Virus record (IMG/VR): IMGVR_UViG_3300021425_004462
Coordinates: 1-64,000 of that record
Length of the DNA stretch: 64,000 bases
Strand: one strand, 5' to 3'
Source: a virus
Each line of letters starts with the position of its first letter. Positions within the stretch are counted from its first letter, which is position 1. The notes under the pieces were generated by a model. The model worked only from the letters and a program-made list of their open reading frames with translations. It made no database searches and was not told the origin of the DNA. The position numbers were made by a program, and so were the translations under genes. This document shows positions 9,131 to 17,554 of the stretch, piece by piece.

Positions 9131-10489
9131 ATGAAGTATTGGGTGTTATTTTTAATTAGTGTTAGTTTATTTGCAAATGATTATTCTGCTGTTTTAATTA
9201 GTGGTCATTCGAAAAATCGTTGCGATTTAGTTTTCTTGCAGCACGCTAAAGAGCATGAAAATTTTTCAGAAAAAATGTTGGATATGTGGAATCAAGCTTG
9301 CGATTATTATCCCTTGTTTAAGAGATACAAGAACTTTTTTAACATACATGCTATTAATAGAAATGATTTAGATATCAATGAATGGTGGAATAGGAGTCAT
9401 ATGCTTAAAGATCATTTTGATAAAGTAGATCAAAACTTTTCAAAAAGAGATCTCGGGCTGCTTGTCAGAAATCTAGATTACATAAAAGGGGCGGCAGTTC
9501 AAAGGCAAGGTAAAGAGGGTAGGATTGGATATATTTCTAACGCTAATTTTCAAGTGTTCATTCACGAAATGGCACATATGATTGCTTCATTGTCAGATCT
9601 TTATGAAAGTCATCATAGTTATACCGGTTATTATCCTGAAAACATAATTCTTCCAGATGATAATTTAATATTTGAAGGACACGATCACCTAGATCCTAAA
9701 CCAAAAAAAGGTTTTGATAAATGGAGTCGGTGGTATGGATACGTAGATCCAATTACATCTATAGTAATTGATGGCCCTTACATGCACCACAAAGAGCCAT
9801 ATAAGGATGAAAGAGCTCTACATTATATATCAAACTTTTGGGCTCCCACGTCTCATGCAACAATTATGAAAAACAATGCGGCATATTTTGATGCAGTATC
9901 AAGGGAGGAGATGATAATTAGATTATATGATTTCTGTGAACCAATTGATTCTTGCTCCGACAATAATTTGACAATAAATGACAATGACGTACTCGAGGTA
10001 AATGTTATTGATGATAATGTTATTGATGTATTATGGTTAGTAAATGATGAACCAGTATCTAATGATAATTACTTAGACATATCTGCTCTAAATTTAAAAT
10101 CAGACGCAAATATAACGCTTGTTGCTTGGGACTCCACTTTAAACACAGATTATGAGTCAGAAGATAGGGGCGGGTGGGTTAGAAGGGATACCGATAATAG
10201 GCTTGTTCAAGAAATTATATATAAATATAAGTTAGGCGACTCTAATAAAAAATGGGACGCTTTGATTCCTATGGCTGTATCAAATTGGAAAAAATCTTTT
10301 TGGTTCGGTAATTTTGCAGCATTTTCCAATAACTGGATTTATCATGAAAAATTAAAATGGGCGTATGTATACCAAGCGAATATTGGCATGTGGTTATTTT
10401 TGGAAGATCACGGATGGGCTTGGACTGCTAGGGGTATTTATCCCTATATCTATGAATCAATAAACCAAGAGTGGTTATATATTAATTAG
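9131..10489 (+). CDS. Secreted zinc metallopeptidase (M64 IgA-peptidase-like) with Trp-rich C-terminal domain
   Basis: Signal peptide; HEMAHMIASLSDLY (HExxH); C-terminal WFG..WIYH..W.Y..GW.WT..YPYIY. Confidence 0.7.
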   Translation: MKYWVLFLISVSLFANDYSAVLISGHSKNRCDLVFLQHAKEHENFSEKMLDMWNQACDYYPLFKRYKNFFNIHAINRNDLDINEWWNRSHMLKDHFDKVDQNFSKRDLGLLVRNLDYIKGAAVQRQGKEGRIGYISNANFQVFIHEMAHMIASLSDLYESHHSYTGYYPENIILPDDNLIFEGHDHLDPKPKKGFDKWSRWYGYVDPITSIVIDGPYMHHKEPYKDERALHYISNFWAPTSHATIMKNNAAYFDAVSREEMIIRLYDFCEPIDSCSDNNLTINDNDVLEVNVIDDNVIDVLWLVNDEPVSNDNYLDISALNLKSDANITLVAWDSTLNTDYESEDRGGWVRRDTDNRLVQEIIYKYKLGDSNKKWDALIPMAVSNWKKSFWFGNFAAFSNNWIYHEKLKWAYVYQANIGMWLFLEDHGWAWTARGIYPYIYESINQEWLYIN

Positions 10490-10679
10490 GAGTCTTTCGA
10501 GACTTAATTCTTTTAATTTCTTCTGGCAAAATCTTGATCACTTTTTCTGGCTGATTGCCCATCATTAATTCTGCAGGAGTGGAACCATTTAGTCTATCAT
10601 TCTCTGTTTTTAACCACCTAGTAGATTGATAAGAATTTAAATTTTTGCTTAATATTTCAAGTATAGACTTATGTGACAT
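10482..10679 (-). CDS. Stand-alone Xre/MbcA/ParS-type antitoxin C-terminal domain (DUF2384-like)
   Basis: WLKTENDRLNGSTPAELM...EKV matches the W...n..L.G.tP.ell pattern. Confidence 0.7.
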   Translation of the reverse strand: MSHKSILEILSKNLNSYQSTRWLKTENDRLNGSTPAELMMGNQPEKVIKILPEEIKRIKSRKTPN

Positions 10680-10688
10680 GTATTATAT

Positions 10689-10693
10689 TACAC
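10689..10693 (-). promoter_or_regulatory. GTGTA putative phage promoter element
   Basis: 9 nt before ATG 10679. Confidence 0.65.
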
Positions 10694-10707
10694 TATTTTT
10701 TATAAAA

Positions 10708-11316
10708 TTAAATTACAATGTATTTTATATGTTCTTGATTTGGATATTGTTCCAATAAAATGTGCTCACCTGTTTGAGGTTCGAATATATACCATCCTTG
10801 TGTCGTGAATACAATATTTAATGCATGTAAACCTCCTGCGGGTATTCCCCCGAATTCTTTTACTTGATCTACGATAACTAAGCCTACAGCAGGCTCTACT
10901 TTGTCGTTGCTTTTATAGCTCGATATCGAAAATAATGATTTGTATAGCATTGCAAAATTATCACAATCATGGCTTTCTCCTTGGTCGATCGGTAGTATTC
11001 CGTTTTCAAATTTCAACTTTTCAAACCAATTATTAAATTTTTTATATAAGAAAAAATCAACATATCTATATCTTGAATCTAATCTTAGAAATTGTAAGTC
11101 TTTGGGGGTATGTATTTTTACATTATTAAACCCTCTTCCGTATGCAAAATGATATGCAAAATCTCTGTTATCTAAAAAAGAATCTCTTTTTTCTTCTGTA
11201 GTTGGAATTGATTTTATTTCCTTTAGGTCTGTTTCAATGCAAGAACTTAATAGCCAAGTAGATAATACAACGCTAGAAAATACCGCAACGCACGATACGC
11301 AAAATTTATTTTTCAT
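10708..11316 (-). CDS. Exported/lipoprotein with papain/transglutaminase-like Cys-His-Glu triad
   Basis: Hydrophobic N-terminus ending LSSC; DCDNFA, HALN and EPQ motifs. Confidence 0.65.
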   Translation of the reverse strand: MKNKFCVSCVAVFSSVVLSTWLLSSCIETDLKEIKSIPTTEEKRDSFLDNRDFAYHFAYGRGFNNVKIHTPKDLQFLRLDSRYRYVDFFLYKKFNNWFEKLKFENGILPIDQGESHDCDNFAMLYKSLFSISSYKSNDKVEPAVGLVIVDQVKEFGGIPAGGLHALNIVFTTQGWYIFEPQTGEHILLEQYPNQEHIKYIVI

Positions 11317-11328
11317 TGTAATATAATA

Positions 11329-11348
11329 TACACTGAAATACTGGTGTA
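11329..11348. promoter_or_regulatory. Back-to-back divergent GTGTA elements
   Basis: Minus site 11329-11333 (12 nt to ATG 11316), plus site 11344-11348 (9 nt to ATG 11358). Confidence 0.7.
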
Positions 11349-11357
11349 TATAAATAC

Positions 11358-11792
11358 ATGGGTCCTATATTGAATACTATTATTGGTGCAGGAATCAAGT
11401 TAACATGTAATTTAGTTAATGCTTGGCTTGATCAAAAAAGGCAAGACCAATTGGCATTAGCTGCAAGAGATGAAAAAATGATGCAAGCTCTAATTAATAG
11501 TCAAAACGAGAACGCTAAAGACCCTTTCGTTAAAGTAACAAGAAGAATACTATTTATGAGTATTACATTTACAATGTGTTTTTTAATGATATATTATGCT
11601 ATGAACCCGCATATATCTTACGACCTAATTGTTCCTAAAGGAGAAGGATCTAGATTCGGTTTTTTTGGCTGGATTTTTGGAGCTAAAGATTGGGAGTTGG
11701 TAAAAATGACAGGTGGACTTATGCTTGCTTCGTTTATGGATTTATGTTTTATGGTTGTAGGTTTTTATGCAATACCAAGTAAAAGAAGATGA
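11358..11792 (+). CDS. Membrane protein, holin-like
   Basis: Two to three hydrophobic segments, basic C-terminus SKRR. Confidence 0.5.
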   Translation: MGPILNTIIGAGIKLTCNLVNAWLDQKRQDQLALAARDEKMMQALINSQNENAKDPFVKVTRRILFMSITFTMCFLMIYYAMNPHISYDLIVPKGEGSRFGFFGWIFGAKDWELVKMTGGLMLASFMDLCFMVVGFYAIPSKRR

Positions 11793-12037
11793 ATAAATTA
11801 TTTACACTATTAACCCTTTTCTGCACAGGGTGCGCGATAAAACAAAATGGTAACCCTCCTCCAGCGAAGGGATTTAAAAATTTAGATAAAAACAAAGATT
11901 CTGTAATAAGCTTGCAGGAATATAATGATATAGCAGCGCAAAGTTATGATTATCTAGGTCCAGCTATATGGATTGCTGTATTACTTGGCACTGTCTTCGT
12001 AATAGTTGCAACCGTTTCTTTTATATCCAAGAAATGA
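11789..12037 (+). CDS. Small lipoprotein with EF-hand-like loop and C-terminal TM helix
   Basis: Lipobox-like CTGC; DKNKDSVISLQE loop; hydrophobic C-terminus. Confidence 0.55.
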   Translation: MNKLFTLLTLFCTGCAIKQNGNPPPAKGFKNLDKNKDSVISLQEYNDIAAQSYDYLGPAIWIAVLLGTVFVIVATVSFISKK

Positions 12038-12624
12038 CTTCGGGTTTAGATGTTATTAGTGTTTTAACTGGAGTTGTCTCTGCTGCTACTGCAGTCCTTG
12101 GTGTTTGGCTAAAAATAAAATATGACGAAAAAAGAGACAAGCAGCTTAATTATGACCCGCAACTTCATGGTAATGTTATTACGGCTTTGGATTTTGTTAT
12201 AGATGAAACAGATGCAGATAGGGCATATATATTAGAATTTCATAATGGAGAGCATTATTTTTCTGGAAGAAGTCAACAAAAACTTAGCTGTACTTACGAA
12301 GTGGTTAGTGAAGGTATATCTGTTGAGTCTCATAATATTCAGAATATAAGGGTGTCTAATTTTCATGGGTTAGTAAAATCAATATCACAAGGAGAAACTT
12401 TTACCTGTAAGGACGTAGATGAATATAAGGACGATATGTCATTTAAAGCTTTTTTGCAGGGTAAGGGAGTAAAAAGCATGTTTGCTCGACCAGTCAAAAC
12501 TTTAAACGGTAAAATAATCGGAGTTATTATATTAGAATATGTTAAAGAGTCTCGCAGATGGAGTCAAGAAGCTGAGGAATTTTTGAGCAAGCAAACTCGA
12601 ATTATTAGCGGCTATTTGATATAA
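12034..12624 (+). CDS. Single-TM GAF-domain protein
   Basis: ATGA overlap start MTSGLDV; TM segment; ADRAYILEFHNG...GVKSMFARPV...IIGVI GAF pattern. Confidence 0.7.
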   Translation: MTSGLDVISVLTGVVSAATAVLGVWLKIKYDEKRDKQLNYDPQLHGNVITALDFVIDETDADRAYILEFHNGEHYFSGRSQQKLSCTYEVVSEGISVESHNIQNIRVSNFHGLVKSISQGETFTCKDVDEYKDDMSFKAFLQGKGVKSMFARPVKTLNGKIIGVIILEYVKESRRWSQEAEEFLSKQTRIISGYLI

Positions 12625-12643
12625 TTATTTTTTTGATTATAAT
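12616..12643 (+). promoter_or_regulatory. sigma70-type promoter
   Basis: TTGATA-N16-TATAAT, 8 nt before ATG 12652. Confidence 0.55.
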
Positions 12644-12651
12644 AATATACT

Positions 12652-12993
12652 ATGGCTTTTTCTTATTGTCCCCATTGTGGGTTTAAAAATATGTACTCCG
12701 TGCAGGCGCCTAAATTTTGCGGTGGCTGTGGGGAGAGTTTAAATATATTATCTGCAGCTAAAACAAAAGCTGCTGCGCGTAAAGCCAACTTAACGAAAGT
12801 TGATTTGGTTGATGATCCTGATGGGGTTGATATTTATGAGGTTCCTCGTATTTCAAAACTATCATACAGTATCGAAAATGATAGAAATAAATTTAATTTA
12901 AAAGATCTAATTCCATTAGAAGCTTTTGAGGAATTTGAAGAAGATAAACCTACAAAAAAACCGAAAAAGCGTGGAAGACCAAGAAAGTCCTAG
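12652..12993 (+). CDS. Zinc-ribbon protein
   Basis: CPHCG...FCGGCG; basic C-terminus KRGRPRK. Confidence 0.75.
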   Translation: MAFSYCPHCGFKNMYSVQAPKFCGGCGESLNILSAAKTKAAARKANLTKVDLVDDPDGVDIYEVPRISKLSYSIENDRNKFNLKDLIPLEAFEEFEEDKPTKKPKKRGRPRKS

Positions 12994-13714
12994 TTTTACT
13001 TACGAAGATAAAGCGGAAGAAATTGATATAGAAATTAAAAAGAGAAGGGGTAAGTGGTTTTTGGACTCCCTTGCCTGGTTCGATTTTGAAGATGTAGAGC
13101 AAATTATAAAAGCTCATATTTATAAAAAATGGCATCAATGGGATCAAAGGAGATCTTTGAAGCCTTGGATTAATAAGATTATTACTAATCAAATGAAAAA
13201 TATTTTGCGTAATAACTATAGTAATTTTGTGAGACCTTGTTTGAATTGCCCGTTTAATCAATCAGGCCCTGCCCAAGATGGCTGCAGTCATTCTTTATGT
13301 GGTTTTACAAAAAGTGGGCTTCAAGATTCTTCTTGTCCGCTATACGCAAAATGGGAGCGCACTAAAAAATCTGCTTACGGAATAAAAATGGCTCTAGCTT
13401 TGGAAAATCATAGTCACGAGGTTGGACAAATGCAAGACGCAAGTTTTGATATTCAGCAATGTCAGGATAAGTTAAATCAGTATATGCAAAAAGACTTATC
13501 AGAAAAACAATTTACAGTATATAAACTACTTTTTATTGAGCATAAAAGCGAAGAAGAGGTGGCTGAAAAAATGGGCTATAAAACATCAGAAAAAGGAAGA
13601 AAGGCAGGCTATAAACAAATTAAAAATCTAAAAAAAATATTCAAACAAAAAGCTCAAGAAATACTTGAAAAAGAAGATATTATTCCTGTAAAAAATGTTA
13701 TGTTATGGAGCTAA
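12971..13714 (+). CDS. Phage RNA polymerase sigma factor (sigma70-like) with Cys-rich insert
   Basis: Region 2-like FEDVEQII...KWHQWD...LKPWINKIITNQMKNILR; region 4-like LSEKQ...KSEEEVAEKMG; start uncertain (GTG 12971 or TTG 12926). Confidence 0.8.
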   Translation: MEDQESPSFTYEDKAEEIDIEIKKRRGKWFLDSLAWFDFEDVEQIIKAHIYKKWHQWDQRRSLKPWINKIITNQMKNILRNNYSNFVRPCLNCPFNQSGPAQDGCSHSLCGFTKSGLQDSSCPLYAKWERTKKSAYGIKMALALENHSHEVGQMQDASFDIQQCQDKLNQYMQKDLSEKQFTVYKLLFIEHKSEEEVAEKMGYKTSEKGRKAGYKQIKNLKKIFKQKAQEILEKEDIIPVKNVMLWS

Positions 13715-14757
13715 CTGATTCTCAGAAACAATTAATAATAGAAAACTCAAAAAAGATATCAGATCTTACGGAGTTAACTAGGCTTGCATTCCCTGATTGC
13801 GATAAAATTGATGGAAGAAGCAAGCAAGGAAGAGCTGTGAGAGCTTTCTTGGCTCAACAAGAAATTGAATACGAAACAAGACACCCTGAAGCCAAGCCCC
13901 CTATAGATTTAACCTTAGAGCAAAAACAATTTATTGATAATTCAATTAACGAAGGAATGACTTGTATGCAAGTCGCTTCAGTTCTGTTTCCTAATATGCG
14001 TGTGACTCATACAACAAAAGAATATCTTGCAGTGTTTGAGTATGTCGATGAAAATCAAAATTTGGAAACACCAGCTACAGAGAATGCTATAAACAAAAAA
14101 TATTCTCCGCCTAAAGCGCCAAGTAAGATAATTAAAAAAATAAATGATTATTGCCAAAAAGAAATTCAAGAAGATAAACTTAGCGTAACAGAAAGAAAAG
14201 GTGTTGAATCGTTGGGATCTTTTCTTGGTTCTCCTAGATTTGTTCAGGTTATTAATACATACGATAGCCAAGCAGATAGAGATTTATTTGAGGCTGAATT
14301 TGTTCGCGCAACATGGGATAAGCCGGATTTAACTAGCGATGAGATTAATTTATACATTAATGTATGTATGGATTATATACATTTAAAAAATATTCAAAGC
14401 GCAATTAATAAACTAAATAGAATGTTCGATGAGGCAGAAGATCAGCAAGATTTAACTGTGAGATTAGCTGAACTTTTAAAAACAAAAAGCGAAGAATACA
14501 ATCAATGCGAAAAAAGGATGGAATCATTAATTCAAAAGCTTCAAGGAGATAGATCGAAAAGAATATCCAGCCATCAAAGGCAGAACGCAAACATTTTAGC
14601 TCTTGTTCAATTATTTCAAGAGGAAGAGGAGAGGAAGGTCATGGTTAAAATTGCACAGTTGCAGAAGAAATCGGCAAAAGAAGAAGCAGATCATTTAGAG
14701 TCAATGCCTGACTGGAAGGCTCGTGTTTTAGGTATATCAAAAGAGGATGTCATCTAA
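13705..14757 (+). CDS. Hypothetical coiled-coil protein, candidate terminase small subunit
   Basis: HTH-like N-terminal segments and helical C-terminus, two genes upstream of terL; function inferred from position only. Confidence 0.45.
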   Translation: MELTDSQKQLIIENSKKISDLTELTRLAFPDCDKIDGRSKQGRAVRAFLAQQEIEYETRHPEAKPPIDLTLEQKQFIDNSINEGMTCMQVASVLFPNMRVTHTTKEYLAVFEYVDENQNLETPATENAINKKYSPPKAPSKIIKKINDYCQKEIQEDKLSVTERKGVESLGSFLGSPRFVQVINTYDSQADRDLFEAEFVRATWDKPDLTSDEINLYINVCMDYIHLKNIQSAINKLNRMFDEAEDQQDLTVRLAELLKTKSEEYNQCEKRMESLIQKLQGDRSKRISSHQRQNANILALVQLFQEEEERKVMVKIAQLQKKSAKEEADHLESMPDWKARVLGISKEDVI

Positions 14758-15667
14758 TACATGTAAGATTTGTGGCGCAGAATTTACTTCCGAGAGAAGT
14801 TTACATGCCCATTTGAAAAGTCACAAAATTATGCTTGCTGAATATTATACAAAATATTATCCAAGATATAATTTATTAAATGGTGACCCTTTGCCTTTTA
14901 AAAAAAAAGATGAATATTTTTCTAAAGACTTTTCTACTCATAATCAATTATTACAGTGGTGCGAAAGAGAGTCGGATGATATTGTAAAGCCATATATTTT
15001 GGGGCTTCTAAAAAAAAGAATTCTGGAAAAAAAATTAACAATTGCACCTTCGTCCTTAGAGTTAAAATTACACGAATTGCCAACTATAGAAATTTATAAA
15101 AAACATTTTGGATCATATACGGCTGCATGCAAAGAGGCGGGAGTTAAACCTATGTATGGTTCTCCTCTGCCTGATATATGGAAAAATAAAATTGACAACA
15201 TAGAAATATTTATTGATACGCGTGAACAACAGCCTCTGGTATTCCCTAGGTCACAGTCCCTAAAGTTAGAGTTTGGCGATTATGCTGTAGGGCAAGATCA
15301 TTATGATTATACTTATGTAGACCGTAAAGGCGAGCAAGATTTTAAGTCAACATTAAGCAAAAATAATTTAGAAAGATTTAAGCAAGAACTACAAAGAACA
15401 AAAGAATTTGATAGTTATTTATTTATTGTCACAGAAAGCCCTGTTTCCCAGATAGAAAAAAATAATAGGCGAAGTGCACATAAATCAAATTTAAAATATA
15501 TATATCATAACATGAGGGTTCTTAATCATGAATTCGCAGGATATTGTCAGTTTATATTTACTAAAAACAGAGAGCATAGCCAGAAAATTATTCCTAAGCT
15601 ATTGGTGTTAGGGAGAAAACTTTGGAATGTAGATTTGCAGTATTACATAGATAAGGATATTGTATAA
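14747..15667 (+). CDS. C2H2 zinc finger + ERCC4-type endonuclease
   Basis: CKICG...HLKSH; IDTREQQPL...GDY...DRKG. Confidence 0.8.
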   Translation: MSSNTCKICGAEFTSERSLHAHLKSHKIMLAEYYTKYYPRYNLLNGDPLPFKKKDEYFSKDFSTHNQLLQWCERESDDIVKPYILGLLKKRILEKKLTIAPSSLELKLHELPTIEIYKKHFGSYTAACKEAGVKPMYGSPLPDIWKNKIDNIEIFIDTREQQPLVFPRSQSLKLEFGDYAVGQDHYDYTYVDRKGEQDFKSTLSKNNLERFKQELQRTKEFDSYLFIVTESPVSQIEKNNRRSAHKSNLKYIYHNMRVLNHEFAGYCQFIFTKNREHSQKIIPKLLVLGRKLWNVDLQYYIDKDIV

Positions 15668-17538
15668 TGGCTTGGGAAACGGGAAAACAGTTATCTAGAA
15701 AAAGCGAAGAGGACTTTAATGAAAAGTTGCTGAAGATTGAAGGTTTTTTAGAAGAGAAGGAAGCTAAGCTTTTACTTTATCAATTTCTAAGGGAAAATAT
15801 TACATTTACTGCAGATTTAGTTAGCGGAGTCAAGCTCTTCCCTTTTCAGCATATGGCAATCAAAGCTATGTTTGAAACTGATTATTTTATGGGTGTATGG
15901 TCTCGAGGAATGAGTAAATCATTTACTACTGCAATATATGCTTATCTCGACGCAATATTAAATCAAGGTGTTGAGATTGGTATACTCTCTAAATCTTTTC
16001 GTCAAGCAAAAATGATTTTTAAGAAAATCGAAGATATTGCATCGAAGCCTGGCGCTACATATTTATCTCAATGCATAACTCATAAATCAAAAAGTAATGA
16101 TGAATGGTTGCTTGAAATTGGTTCTAGTCGCATACGAGCTTTGCCACTTGGTGATGGTGAAAAGCTGCGGGGCTTTCGTTTTCACAGAATCATTATCGAC
16201 GAGTTTGCTCTTATGCCTGAAAGAATTTATAATGAGGTTATTATACCTTTCCTTAGTGTTGTTGAAAATCCAACACAAAGAGAAGAGTTGTATAATTTAG
16301 AGACAGATTTGATAGATAAAGGAGAAATGACTGAAGATGAGAGACATATTTGGCCGAATAATAAATTGATCGCATTATCTTCTGCAAGCTATAAGTTTGA
16401 ATATATGTATAAAGCATACGAACAATTTGAAGAGCTTATTATGAAGGGAGGGGACAAGCATTCTGATGCGCATAGGATCATTATGCAATTCAGTTATGAT
16501 TGCGCTCCAAAACAGCTATATGATAAAAATTTGATAGAGCAAGCAAAGTCTACAATGAGTCAAAGTCAATTCGATAGAGAGTTTGGGTCTATATTTACGG
16601 ATGACAGTAGCGGATACTTTAAAACTTCTAAAATGGCGGCATGCACTTTGCAGGATGGAGAAAGGCCGAATATTGAAGTGTGCGGAGAAGTCGGAGAAAA
16701 GTATATATTAGCATTCGATCCTAGTTGGGCTGAAAGCGAAAGCAGCGATGATTTCGCTATGATGGTGTTAAAATTAAATGACGATAAAAAAATTGGAACT
16801 GTAGTCCATAGTTATGCATTATCTGGAACAAACTTAAAGCAGCATATATTTTATTTTCATTATTTACTAACTCATTTTAATATTGTATCTATTGTCGGAG
16901 ATTATAATGGAGGGGTTCAGTTTATTAATGCTTGTAATGAAAGTAGTTTATTTAAAAAGAATAAAATTAATATTGGATGCTTGAATACTAATTTTGATGA
17001 TATTGAACACTATCAACAAAAGCTTCTAGAAGGTAAAAGAGAATACAATCTTGAAACAAGGCACATTTGTTATTTAAGAAAACCAACAAGCCAATGGATA
17101 AGACTAGCTAACGAGTTACTTCAAGCTAATTTTGATCATAGAAGGATCTATTTTGCATCGCGCGCAATTGACGATTCATATAACGAACAAAGAAAAAAGA
17201 AAATACCAATACAAGACTTAAAATTTTTAAGAACCTCTCAGAGTTTAGAAAGGCAAACTAACGCTGCAAAAATGATTGATTTTGTAGAGCATCAATTTGA
17301 TATGATTAATTTAATTAAAGCTCAGTGCGCTTTAATTCAGATAACTACTTCAGCAGGCGGAACTCAAACATTCGATTTGCCTCCAAATTTAAAAAGGCAA
17401 ACTGGTCCAGAAAAAGCGAGAAAAGATTCTTATTCTGCGTTAGTCCTTGGAAACTGGATGATTAAGTTATATTATGATATGATGAATGTTAAAGTGGAAA
17501 ATGTAAACTACACCTTTACTCCCATGTTTATAAACTGA
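15667..17538 (+). CDS. terL: Terminase large subunit
   Basis: SRGMSKS Walker A, LRGFRFHRIIIDE Walker B, FDREF, LAFDPS nuclease, KDSYSA. Confidence 0.88.
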   Translation: MAWETGKQLSRKSEEDFNEKLLKIEGFLEEKEAKLLLYQFLRENITFTADLVSGVKLFPFQHMAIKAMFETDYFMGVWSRGMSKSFTTAIYAYLDAILNQGVEIGILSKSFRQAKMIFKKIEDIASKPGATYLSQCITHKSKSNDEWLLEIGSSRIRALPLGDGEKLRGFRFHRIIIDEFALMPERIYNEVIIPFLSVVENPTQREELYNLETDLIDKGEMTEDERHIWPNNKLIALSSASYKFEYMYKAYEQFEELIMKGGDKHSDAHRIIMQFSYDCAPKQLYDKNLIEQAKSTMSQSQFDREFGSIFTDDSSGYFKTSKMAACTLQDGERPNIEVCGEVGEKYILAFDPSWAESESSDDFAMMVLKLNDDKKIGTVVHSYALSGTNLKQHIFYFHYLLTHFNIVSIVGDYNGGVQFINACNESSLFKKNKINIGCLNTNFDDIEHYQQKLLEGKREYNLETRHICYLRKPTSQWIRLANELLQANFDHRRIYFASRAIDDSYNEQRKKKIPIQDLKFLRTSQSLERQTNAAKMIDFVEHQFDMINLIKAQCALIQITTSAGGTQTFDLPPNLKRQTGPEKARKDSYSALVLGNWMIKLYYDMMNVKVENVNYTFTPMFIN

Positions 17539-17543
17539 GTGTA
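17539..17543 (+). promoter_or_regulatory. GTGTA putative phage late promoter of the head operon
   Basis: 11 nt before ATG 17555. Confidence 0.65.
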
Positions 17544-17554
17544 ACACATTGCAA

